This document shows, in pieces, positions 38,260-46,305 of a DNA stretch of 64,000 nt (the stretch's first letter is position 1; each line of letters begins with the position of its first letter). Source of the DNA: a virus. Under the pieces are notes generated by a model. The model ran no database searches and had not been told where the DNA came from. It was given only the letters and a program-made list of their open reading frames with translations. The stretch is taken from IMG/VR virus record IMGVR_UViG_3300007734_000760, positions 64,001 to 128,000 of that record. One strand, given 5' to 3'. Made by a program: the position numbers and the translations under genes.

Positions 38260-38730
38260 TTACATAACCCACTCAGGTTTATTATTTAATTTTTTCCAAT
38301 CTAATTTTTTAATTTTTATTTTATCATTAATATAAAAATTCTTATATGCTTCTATAGTATTTTCTTTTTTAAATTCTTCGGGCATACATTGTGGAGGTTC
38401 TATAAATCCATTATCAGGTAAAATAGGCTCATTTTGTTCTAACCATTGTAATACAGTTTTAGTAGCATGTGATTTACCGTAACGTTTTTCAAATTCATTA
38501 CAAATTTCTAAACCATGTTTAACTAACCATCTATAATGATGTATGGATTGTCTTACCCAAATGGTTGATGGATGGTTTTTATGAGCTCGTTTATATGGAG
38601 CTTCTCCACCTGTTTCCCAATGGGCTGTACAACACATTTGTGCAGATTCTATTTGCATTTTACGAATATGATCGTCTGCTAGTTGTTGTGCAGCAATAGT
38701 AGGATTTTCATTAATATAAAATATATTCAT
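38260..38730 (-). CDS. Pyrimidine-dimer DNA glycosylase / endonuclease V-like protein
   Basis: MNIFY....P..AA....D.H..KM..ESAQM..TAH, YK..H.NHP...W, RYGK.H and PQCMP motifs. Confidence 0.75.
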   Translation of the reverse strand: MNIFYINENPTIAAQQLADDHIRKMQIESAQMCCTAHWETGGEAPYKRAHKNHPSTIWVRQSIHHYRWLVKHGLEICNEFEKRYGKSHATKTVLQWLEQNEPILPDNGFIEPPQCMPEEFKKENTIEAYKNFYINDKIKIKKLDWKKLNNKPEWVM

Positions 38731-38734
38731 ACTT

Positions 38735-38765
38735 TAAATATAAAAACTGTTTTTTTGTAAGCCAA
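38735..38765 (-). promoter_or_regulatory. Host-type promoter
   Basis: TTGG-N19-TATATTTA. Confidence 0.55.
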
Positions 38766-38767
38766 AT

Positions 38768-38841
38768 AAAGAAAGCCCAATCTTTTAATTGGGCCACTAC
38801 TCCATTAATTTGTTTAAACGAACATGTAATGAATATGTTCT
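38768..38841 (-). ncRNA. Pseudoknot + terminator RNA element, copy B
   Basis: GAACAU-AUUCAUUAC-AUGUUC hairpin whose loop can pair with GUAGUGG; terminator GCCCAAU/AUUGGGC-UUUCUUU. Confidence 0.55.
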
Positions 38842-38846
38842 ATAAG

Positions 38847-39341
38847 TTAAAATTGACCTCTATATTCTTCCATTTTTGTAATCCATGAACTATTAAACAT
38901 ATCACCATTATTGTATAAATAATTATAAAATTTAAAATCATCAGGATCATCATCAGGAAAAGGAAATTTTACTAATCCATTTTCTAATCCAAATTTAAGT
39001 AAAAAAGTATTTGCTACTCTATTGTAGTAATCATTAGTAGGCTCTTTATCTACTAAATCACCTAATTCTTCTGTATGGCCATCATATTCAGCTAAATCAA
39101 AAGCTAGATTATTTGTAAGATCACTATCTAGATTATTTAAAAATTTACTCTCAATAAATATATCGTTACTTAATCTATTTGTCTGATATCCATAAAAGGA
39201 CGATTTGTTTTTTTGAATTCCTATATCATAATCATTTACATAGTCAGCTATTATAGGCTTAACATCATTATACATGTTAGATAGTGATTTAAAAGGCTTA
39301 AACACCTTAATTTCTTTTAATATGTTGATTAGTTTAATCAT
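38847..39341 (-). CDS. Acidic putative internal-head cargo protein (IKVFK family)
   Basis: MIKLINILKE-IKVFKP; paralog of the next gene. Confidence 0.65.
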   Translation of the reverse strand: MIKLINILKEIKVFKPFKSLSNMYNDVKPIIADYVNDYDIGIQKNKSSFYGYQTNRLSNDIFIESKFLNNLDSDLTNNLAFDLAEYDGHTEELGDLVDKEPTNDYYNRVANTFLLKFGLENGLVKFPFPDDDPDDFKFYNYLYNNGDMFNSSWITKMEEYRGQF

Positions 39342-39343
39342 TT

Positions 39344-39811
39344 TTAAAATTGACCTCTATATTTTTCTAATTCTTTAAGATGTAGATTGTTAAGTATGTC
39401 ACCACCATTGTATGTACTACTTAATTCTTCTTCTTCAAATCCAGCATGAAATGGAAATTTTAATACTCCAATTTCTAATGCATATTTAAGTAAAAAAGCA
39501 TTTGCTAACACATTATAATAAATCATTACATTTTCATTATTAGTAAAATCAGTATAATCTCCGGTAAATCCATCGTACTCAGCTAAATCATAAGCTAAGT
39601 TATTGCTTAAGTCTCCATCTTCAAATTCACCTGTAAAATCATAATAATAAACCGGGTGATCACCATTATTATCTATCTCTATATTACCTACTACTTCACA
39701 TATATTCATATATACAGCCATTATAGGTTTTATATCTTCATACATGTTAGATATTGGTCTTAAATGTTTAAACACCTTAATTTCTTTTAATATGTTGATT
39801 AGTTTAATCAT
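39344..39811 (-). CDS. Acidic putative internal-head cargo protein (IKVFK family)
   Basis: MIKLINILKE-IKVFKH; shares NNLA.DLAEYDG and the YRGQF end with 38847-39341. Confidence 0.65.
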   Translation of the reverse strand: MIKLINILKEIKVFKHLRPISNMYEDIKPIMAVYMNICEVVGNIEIDNNGDHPVYYYDFTGEFEDGDLSNNLAYDLAEYDGFTGDYTDFTNNENVMIYYNVLANAFLLKYALEIGVLKFPFHAGFEEEELSSTYNGGDILNNLHLKELEKYRGQF

Positions 39812-39813
39812 AA

Positions 39814-40386
39814 TTAATTTTTTGTTGAATAATTAGTATTCCCACTAGCTTTATTTTTTAAAAACATTAATTGTCTGTCTGTAGCTGTATTTTTATTTTT
39901 TTCAATGTCAGCAATTACTTTTTTAGAATAATCATCATGTAAAAGCTGTTTATAATATTGAAGATTAATAATAGGTTTACGTTTTTCTTCTCCTAAAGTT
40001 TTTGACTCATAAGTTCCTGATGCTACCCGATATGGATTAGGAAATGTAAAATTATCATTTTTACTTAAATGACCTTTTAATGGAAAATATTTTTTACTAT
40101 TAATAGTAACTCCAGATCCTAAATTTATAGATTTTTTTATAGCTGACAAAATTGCTCTCGCCATATTTTCTTTTCCAGTTTCTATGTCTACAAACTCTTG
40201 TTTAAATTTAGAATTTGTTACATTCTTATTTAAATCATCAACAATAGAAGCTGGTAAGTATAGTACTACTGTGTCCTCTTTATTGGTTTTAATAGCTCCT
40301 TTAGCTTTAATAAAATCAAATTGTTTTGGAGTAAGTTGATAATCAGTAATTACTATTTCTTTTAGTAAATTGGTAAGTTTAATCAT
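39814..40386 (-). CDS. Putative internal-head cargo protein
   Basis: MIKLTNLLKE leader. Confidence 0.55.
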   Translation of the reverse strand: MIKLTNLLKEIVITDYQLTPKQFDFIKAKGAIKTNKEDTVVLYLPASIVDDLNKNVTNSKFKQEFVDIETGKENMARAILSAIKKSINLGSGVTINSKKYFPLKGHLSKNDNFTFPNPYRVASGTYESKTLGEEKRKPIINLQYYKQLLHDDYSKKVIADIEKNKNTATDRQLMFLKNKASGNTNYSTKN

Positions 40387-40389
40387 TAC

Positions 40390-41406
40390 TTAAAAATCAA
40401 AAGTTTTAGTTTTATGTTTTCTAATTAATGCATCTAAAGAAGTTATCATTTCTGCTTTTGAAGCTTCATTGTTAGTAATTTCTTCTATATATGTTAATAA
40501 AGCATCAAATAATTTTACTAATTCAGGCACAGTGTCTATATTTTTTATATTTGATGCTTTAGTTTTAATCATAGCCATTATTGCATCTACATTTAAATCT
40601 TTTTCAGAAACAGTTACACCTCCTACAGTTGAAGAATTAGACTTTTTTGGAGTAGGATTTTGTGTAGCTTCATTGTACTGCTCTTCAGTAATAATACCAG
40701 CTAATTTTTGCATATGAAGTACTTCATATATATTCATATCTTCTTCCATATGACTTCTAGGTCCATATCCACCTGCTGGGTCTGTATTGTCTGGTCCAAA
40801 ATCAAATTCTGCTTTTTTATCTTCTTCATCTTCATACTTTAATTTTGAGGGTAAATTTTGAGCAAAGTCACTAAATGTTTTTCCGTATTTAGTTAAAAAT
40901 CTATCTGATGTTATCTTATATAATTTATTATCAGCATTAGAGTCCTTTAAATCTTCATCATTATATCCTAAATCTTCCATAACTTCATCTTCAATTTCTC
41001 TCCAAGCATCATTTACATCTTCTTGATCAATAAAATAGGTTTTACCAATTGGGCTATTTTCATTTAATGATGTTTCATCAATAATTTCTTCTTTTTCAGT
41101 ATCTTTTACTTTTTCACTTTTACCATCTTTTGATTTAAGTTTTTCTAATTGTTTTTGATATTTAGTTAAACTTTTTTTCAATACTTTAATTTCAGAAGCA
41201 AGTTCTTTCATTTTACTTTTATCAATCATGTCATGATATGCTTCATCGATACCTTCCATATTCATTTTTCTCTCACGTGTGGTAATAGCATCACCTATCG
41301 CGTTAATTTTAGCTTCACAAGCTGCATTTTCACCAGCGTGATCAATTTCACTAATATAGTTTTGGATTGATTCTCTGATTAATTGTATTAAGTTTTGATT
41401 GTTCAT
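40390..41406 (-). CDS. Modular putative internal-head protein
   Basis: LIQLIRESI leader; SLNE junction; internal HMQKLAGIITE tag. Confidence 0.55.
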   Translation of the reverse strand: MNNQNLIQLIRESIQNYISEIDHAGENAACEAKINAIGDAITTRERKMNMEGIDEAYHDMIDKSKMKELASEIKVLKKSLTKYQKQLEKLKSKDGKSEKVKDTEKEEIIDETSLNENSPIGKTYFIDQEDVNDAWREIEDEVMEDLGYNDEDLKDSNADNKLYKITSDRFLTKYGKTFSDFAQNLPSKLKYEDEEDKKAEFDFGPDNTDPAGGYGPRSHMEEDMNIYEVLHMQKLAGIITEEQYNEATQNPTPKKSNSSTVGGVTVSEKDLNVDAIMAMIKTKASNIKNIDTVPELVKLFDALLTYIEEITNNEASKAEMITSLDALIRKHKTKTFDF

Positions 41407-41419
41407 GATTTTGATTTAT

Positions 41420-41427
41420 TATAAATA
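41420..41427 (-). promoter_or_regulatory. Putative late promoter TATTTATA
   Basis: Upstream of cargo genes 41406-38847. Confidence 0.6.
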
Positions 41428-41438
41428 TGTGATTTTTA

Positions 41439-42776
41439 TTATTTCTTATATATTTTTAATTTTAATGTACCTGTACCTTTAATAACACGATGCCATTTAT
41501 GTTTAGGTATTGATATTTGTTCATTTAATGATTTAGGCAATTGATTATCTAATTGTATTTTCCAATCTGTTTTATCTACAGCTTCAATAATGCGTTTTTC
41601 ATTATCACGATGCCACATTAATTCAATTGGATCTATATTTTTATTAAATTCACGAATAATATATTTATCTGTTACTTTAATATCTTTATATGGTTTTTTA
41701 TTTTCTTCTAAACCTAAATCAGATAAACTTATATCTTCATCATCTTCTTTATCAGGTGTTGGTTCCATATAGTTTAAAACCCAACTTTTTTGTGATGATG
41801 TTAATTTATTATTTATTAAGTCTTCAATAAATTCAATAAATTCCCTAGCATTACTTTCTCTATATAAATTAGCTAAAAATAACTCAAATGCTACTTTATT
41901 ACGAATATTTGCATCATTATACAGTTTTAATAATACTTCTTGAATATGAGTACCAAAACCAAAATCTTCAGGTTCATGTTCTAATTTATCAGCAGTATTA
42001 GCTATTGCTTGATTAATTTTTTTACTTTTAGTAAATCCTTGTAATGATGTAATTTCATATAAACCTTTAATAATTTCATGAATTAAAAATGGAAATATTA
42101 TACCTGTTGCTCTAATCTTTAATTTACCTTCTTCTTCATCAAATTTAGCTTCTGACTCTCCACCTTTGCTTTCTCCCCCACCAGCATTACCACCTGCTAG
42201 CATAGCTAAAAACATAGCTAATGCTTCTTCATCATAAAATATACCAAATACTTTTTTTAAAGTTTCACCATATTTGTCTACACTATTTTCAATTCCACCT
42301 AATGTTTCACTATAACTATCTAATAAATTTTCAGGAACTTCATCTAAAAAATCCATAAATGGTTTATCTAAAGCACCACGAATTGAAGCGCCTTGAGTAA
42401 TAGCATTTATAAGTCTTCTTTTAGCTACATCATCATTCATTATATCTATAGGTTCTTCTTCTTCTTCTTCAGATTCTTCAGGTTCTTCAGGTTCAGAAGA
42501 TAACTGGTCTTCTCCTAATGTAGCTTCTATTTCAATATCAAATTCATCAATAACAGGATACATTCTTTTAACCATATCTACAGCTAATTTTTCTAATTCA
42601 GCTTTATATGGTGCTTCATCTTTAGCTAACTGCTTAACTAACACAGCAGAACGTTGAAGGATTTGTGTTAAACGTTCATTACCAAGCATACGTTCTCTTG
42701 ATGAAACGTTTTTACCTTTTAAATTTTGAATAGTTTCAGGATTTTTAAATATATCCTTATATTGTATTTCGTTCAT
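41439..42776 (-). CDS. Acidic helical protein fused to a C-terminal cupin-like domain
   Basis: KRRLINAITQG and FP.LIHEIIKG.YE motifs; after LGLEE a WHRD....IPKH.WHRVIKG cupin-type domain. Confidence 0.6.
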   Translation of the reverse strand: MNEIQYKDIFKNPETIQNLKGKNVSSRERMLGNERLTQILQRSAVLVKQLAKDEAPYKAELEKLAVDMVKRMYPVIDEFDIEIEATLGEDQLSSEPEEPEESEEEEEEPIDIMNDDVAKRRLINAITQGASIRGALDKPFMDFLDEVPENLLDSYSETLGGIENSVDKYGETLKKVFGIFYDEEALAMFLAMLAGGNAGGGESKGGESEAKFDEEEGKLKIRATGIIFPFLIHEIIKGLYEITSLQGFTKSKKINQAIANTADKLEHEPEDFGFGTHIQEVLLKLYNDANIRNKVAFELFLANLYRESNAREFIEFIEDLINNKLTSSQKSWVLNYMEPTPDKEDDEDISLSDLGLEENKKPYKDIKVTDKYIIREFNKNIDPIELMWHRDNEKRIIEAVDKTDWKIQLDNQLPKSLNEQISIPKHKWHRVIKGTGTLKLKIYKK

Positions 42777-43135
42777 TATTTCTTTTTTAATAATTTATAT
42801 CTTTTTACAATGTCTGCTATTCCTTTAGATACAGCTTCATTTGCTTTTGCTTTGGGTCTTGTTTTTGGGTTAGTATTTGGATTAGGATGAAGAGGATTTT
42901 TTTTCTTTTCTTCTTCTTTTGTTTTAGGTTTAGTAGGAGCTGGTGCTACTTCAGTAGATTTTGCCTTAGGTCTTGTGTTTGGATTAGTGTTTGGGTTAGG
43001 GTGAAGAGGATTTTTTTTCTTTTCTTCTTCTTTTGTTTTAGGCTTAGTAGGAGCTGGAGCTACTTCAGGAGACTTTTCAGCTAATATAGCGCGTAACTCT
43101 TCTTTAATAATCTGTTTTAATTTGTTAATTTTCAT
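42776..43135 (-). CDS. Basic Pro/Lys-rich putative internal-head protein with 38 aa tandem duplication
   Basis: Start revised to MKINKLKQIIKEELRAILAE; EVAPAPTKPKTKEEEKKKNPLHPNPNTNP.TRPKA x2. Confidence 0.65.
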   Translation of the reverse strand: MKINKLKQIIKEELRAILAEKSPEVAPAPTKPKTKEEEKKKNPLHPNPNTNPNTRPKAKSTEVAPAPTKPKTKEEEKKKNPLHPNPNTNPKTRPKAKANEAVSKGIADIVKRYKLLKKK

Positions 43136-43184
43136 AATTTGCTGTTTTATTTTTATTTTAGTATGTTTATTATTTAATTGGTCC

Positions 43185-43271
43185 TCACTTACGATCGGCA
43201 ATTCGTTTACAGCGATCTGCTTTTTTCTTTTCTTCAAGAAGAATTTGTTTAAATATATAAGCAAGATTCAT
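43185..43271 (-). CDS. 28 aa micro-ORF or gene remnant (MNLAYIFKQILLEEKKKADRCKRIADRK)
   Basis: ATG overlaps the upstream stop (TAATG); LLEE junction. Confidence 0.4.
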   Translation of the reverse strand: MNLAYIFKQILLEEKKKADRCKRIADRK

Positions 43272-43639
43272 TATATTCCTATGTTATTTAATGTAGGTTC
43301 AGCTTTAAATGTAACTACTCCTTTAATACGATTAATATTATCAATGATCATTTTAATAGTTTCAATAGTAAAATGACCATTTTTTAAATATGGATATGGA
43401 TCTACTTTAATAGTAACTCTATTATAACTATATCCTTGTTTAGGTAAATTAGGAATATATTCTTCTGTGTCCATAGTTGTAACACCAGTTATTGAACGAA
43501 TATCAGAAAACACTTGTGTTTGTGTTTTTTTAGCAAAGTCAGTAACTAATAAGCCTTCTATTTTATAAAGTTTTTCAGCTGAGTCTTCACGCAGTATTTT
43601 ACGTAATTCTTCTCTAATTATTTTTTTTAATTTTTCCAT
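43271..43639 (-). CDS. Putative internal-head protein
   Basis: MEKLKKIIREELRKILRE leader; DIRSITGVT ferredoxin-like alpha/beta pattern. Confidence 0.55.
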   Translation of the reverse strand: MEKLKKIIREELRKILREDSAEKLYKIEGLLVTDFAKKTQTQVFSDIRSITGVTTMDTEEYIPNLPKQGYSYNRVTIKVDPYPYLKNGHFTIETIKMIIDNINRIKGVVTFKAEPTLNNIGI

Positions 43640-46302
43640 TATTTTTTTAATTTAAACCATTCTTTTAATGATTCTTTAACAAATTCTGAAAGTGTATCAT
43701 TTGGTTTATTTGATGATTGTATATCTTTAATATCATATACTCTATTATACTTATCTCCACTATTAGCAAAATCAATTGAAGCAAGCTTATTGTCTTTTTT
43801 TAATTGGGGTAAATTATATTTATCTTTTATAACTTTACCTTGTTCATCCATTAACACCCAAACATCATAGTTGTCATTTGATTGAGGTAAAAATACATAT
43901 TTTTGACTTCCATCTTTAATAACAAAAGGTAAAGCATATAATAAATTTTCATATTTTAAATTTTGATTATATCTTTCAACTAATTCAATAATTGAACGTC
44001 TTTCTAATGTTGATAAATCGCTCCAATATTTTTGATCTATAGCTCTAGGATAAACACCTTGTGTTGGCATAATAGATTTTAATTCTAATTCTTCATCACT
44101 CATATTAGTTGATGAAGTAAGCTGCCATGGACCATATAATTTTGAATATATATCAAATAATTGTTTTAATTTAGGATTATCAATGTATTTTTCAGGTCCT
44201 TTTTCTGGCAAATAGTCTAAATTTTGTATTTGATCATTTACATACTTTTTAGTTGTTTCTTTTCCAAAATATTTTTCAATGTATTCAAAGGTTAAAAACT
44301 CTTGATATTTTGATAAAATTATTTGTTTTGCGTTTTCATCTAAATATTTAATATAAGGTAAAGGAAGTAATTTATCAGTATTATTCTCAGCATTATTTTC
44401 AGCATTACCACCCTGTCTAAAATTAACTATAGCATATCGTTTTGCTAAAGATTCATATTGTTTTAAAATAAAGTAAGGAAAAGTTTGACCATTATTTATA
44501 GCTTCATTAGCTAAAGTTGTTGGTTTACCATATTCATCTACTGTTTTATATTTAGGTAAAATTTCTAATATATCATTAGTTAAACCTTGTTTTTGAGATT
44601 TACCTTTAACATAATCTACTTTTTCATCATTAGTTAATTCTTTAAATTCAGTTAAACTTAAATTTTTACCTGATGCTAATTTTCTAAGGCGTTCAGATTT
44701 TGATAATTCTATTGGTTTAAAATAATCTTTTAAATTTTTAATTTTTCCCCATATATCTGCTGGTATTTTATTAGATATGTCTTCCCAACTTTTAGCTGTA
44801 ACATCTGAAGGGTTATCAGCATTGGTTATTTGATATGTTTTACCATCTGATTCTATTCTTATTACAAAAGCATGCCATACATCTTTAAAGGGTTTATGGT
44901 CTGGGGTAGAGGGTCTATTTCTATCAAATATAAAATAAAATGTAGGCGCAACTTCTCTAAATCTATAACTATCATACATGTTACCTCCTCCAGCTTGAGT
45001 TACACACCATGCATATTTTTGCCGACTAGTAGAAGCTACTTTAGGATTATATGAAATACATTTATGCATATCATCTCCTTTATATATTTCTATTCCGTCT
45101 TTATCATATATTTTATCAGCATCTGTAGACACATTATTTATCTCTCCAGAAATTTCTTTTTTAGAAGGAAATAAAGCGTCTAACATTTGTTCTAAAGGAT
45201 GAAATTCCCAATTGCGTGGATCTAAATATAAATTATTTCTTAATAAATTTTTAGGAATAAGTTTTTCTACATCTTCTTTAGTATATAATTCATCATCAGT
45301 ACCATCTATAAGAGCACCTTTTAAATTATTTCTATTAGATATAAAACGAGCAACATATGATTGAGCTAGATCTTTACCTATTTGTTCTTTTTCAACAAAT
45401 TTTTTAACTGCTTCTTTTTTTATGTTTTCTGTATTTTCAGGTAATGATTTAATTAACTTAATCATATCATCAAATGAGTATTTATATATATTAAGATAAT
45501 TTTGTCCTTGTCTTAAAGTATCAGATAAAACTACTATGTTTAATTTTTGAGTTAATGAAGCTTTAGCTTTTTCAAAATCAGCAATTTGTTTTTTAAGATA
45601 TTCATCATGTTTTTTCTGAGTTGCCTCTGTTGGAAATTCTGTTGCCCATTCTGGATGTTCATTTTTCCAACGTGTTATAGTATCATTAATTACTTTTTCA
45701 GCGTATTCTTTAATTAATATTTTAGATTCATCGATATCTTCATCATCGTTATCTTCATCATCGTTAATATTTTCAGATTTTTTAACTGCTTCAATAGCAT
45801 ACTTAACACAATAATTAATTATTTGATCAAATTTTACACTCTTATCTCCCCAATATAAAGGCATTGGAATTCTTTTATAGTGTGCTACCGCTGCCCAAAA
45901 TGCTTGTTTAGCAGCATTACCTGCCGCCGCCTCAGCAGATGAAAAGCCCCATCCTAGATGATCAGGATCATAATCATCATCATCATAATCACTACGTCCA
46001 TAATCTTTATATCTTAAAAGATTAGTGATAGTGGCAGAATCTGTTGGATTAGCTAAATATGCTTTAGCAGTTTCTATTGCGTTATGAGGAGTTTCACTAT
46101 GTGTTCCTGGGTGGTATTTTTCAAAAATATGTAAAACCCTCTCAGCGCATTGAATTGCTAAAGACAGTTTTTCTTTATCATCTTTAGATGCTTCTATTCT
46201 AGATTTAAGAGATTGAAGTATAGGAAGTTGTGAAGGTTTAAATACTTTAATTTCATTAAGTATCTCTTTTTTAATTATATTTATTAATTCTGATTTTTTC
46301 AT
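43639..46302 (-). CDS. Large putative internal-head polyprotein with N-terminal IKVFKP/Imm5-like cassette
   Basis: MKKSELINIIKKEILNE-IKVFKP; AIQCAERVLHIFE; later WCVT......YDSYR....TFYFI.D segment. Confidence 0.6.
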   Translation of the reverse strand: MKKSELINIIKKEILNEIKVFKPSQLPILQSLKSRIEASKDDKEKLSLAIQCAERVLHIFEKYHPGTHSETPHNAIETAKAYLANPTDSATITNLLRYKDYGRSDYDDDDYDPDHLGWGFSSAEAAAGNAAKQAFWAAVAHYKRIPMPLYWGDKSVKFDQIINYCVKYAIEAVKKSENINDDEDNDDEDIDESKILIKEYAEKVINDTITRWKNEHPEWATEFPTEATQKKHDEYLKKQIADFEKAKASLTQKLNIVVLSDTLRQGQNYLNIYKYSFDDMIKLIKSLPENTENIKKEAVKKFVEKEQIGKDLAQSYVARFISNRNNLKGALIDGTDDELYTKEDVEKLIPKNLLRNNLYLDPRNWEFHPLEQMLDALFPSKKEISGEINNVSTDADKIYDKDGIEIYKGDDMHKCISYNPKVASTSRQKYAWCVTQAGGGNMYDSYRFREVAPTFYFIFDRNRPSTPDHKPFKDVWHAFVIRIESDGKTYQITNADNPSDVTAKSWEDISNKIPADIWGKIKNLKDYFKPIELSKSERLRKLASGKNLSLTEFKELTNDEKVDYVKGKSQKQGLTNDILEILPKYKTVDEYGKPTTLANEAINNGQTFPYFILKQYESLAKRYAIVNFRQGGNAENNAENNTDKLLPLPYIKYLDENAKQIILSKYQEFLTFEYIEKYFGKETTKKYVNDQIQNLDYLPEKGPEKYIDNPKLKQLFDIYSKLYGPWQLTSSTNMSDEELELKSIMPTQGVYPRAIDQKYWSDLSTLERRSIIELVERYNQNLKYENLLYALPFVIKDGSQKYVFLPQSNDNYDVWVLMDEQGKVIKDKYNLPQLKKDNKLASIDFANSGDKYNRVYDIKDIQSSNKPNDTLSEFVKESLKEWFKLKK
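46195..46255. repeat. 61 bp exact repeat (second copy at 47506-47566; diverged copy near 53342-53401)
   Basis: tattctagatttaagagattgaagtataggaagttgtgaaggtttaaatactttaatttca occurs twice. Confidence 0.9.
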
Positions 46303-46305
46303 GTT

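Noticed and set aside
37882-38841. preQ1-I riboswitch identity for the pseudoknot RNAs
   Set aside because: The UUCAUAGC loop is only superficially similar; the linker and 3' pairing differ and there is no queuosine gene context. An Rfam scan is needed to exclude it formally.
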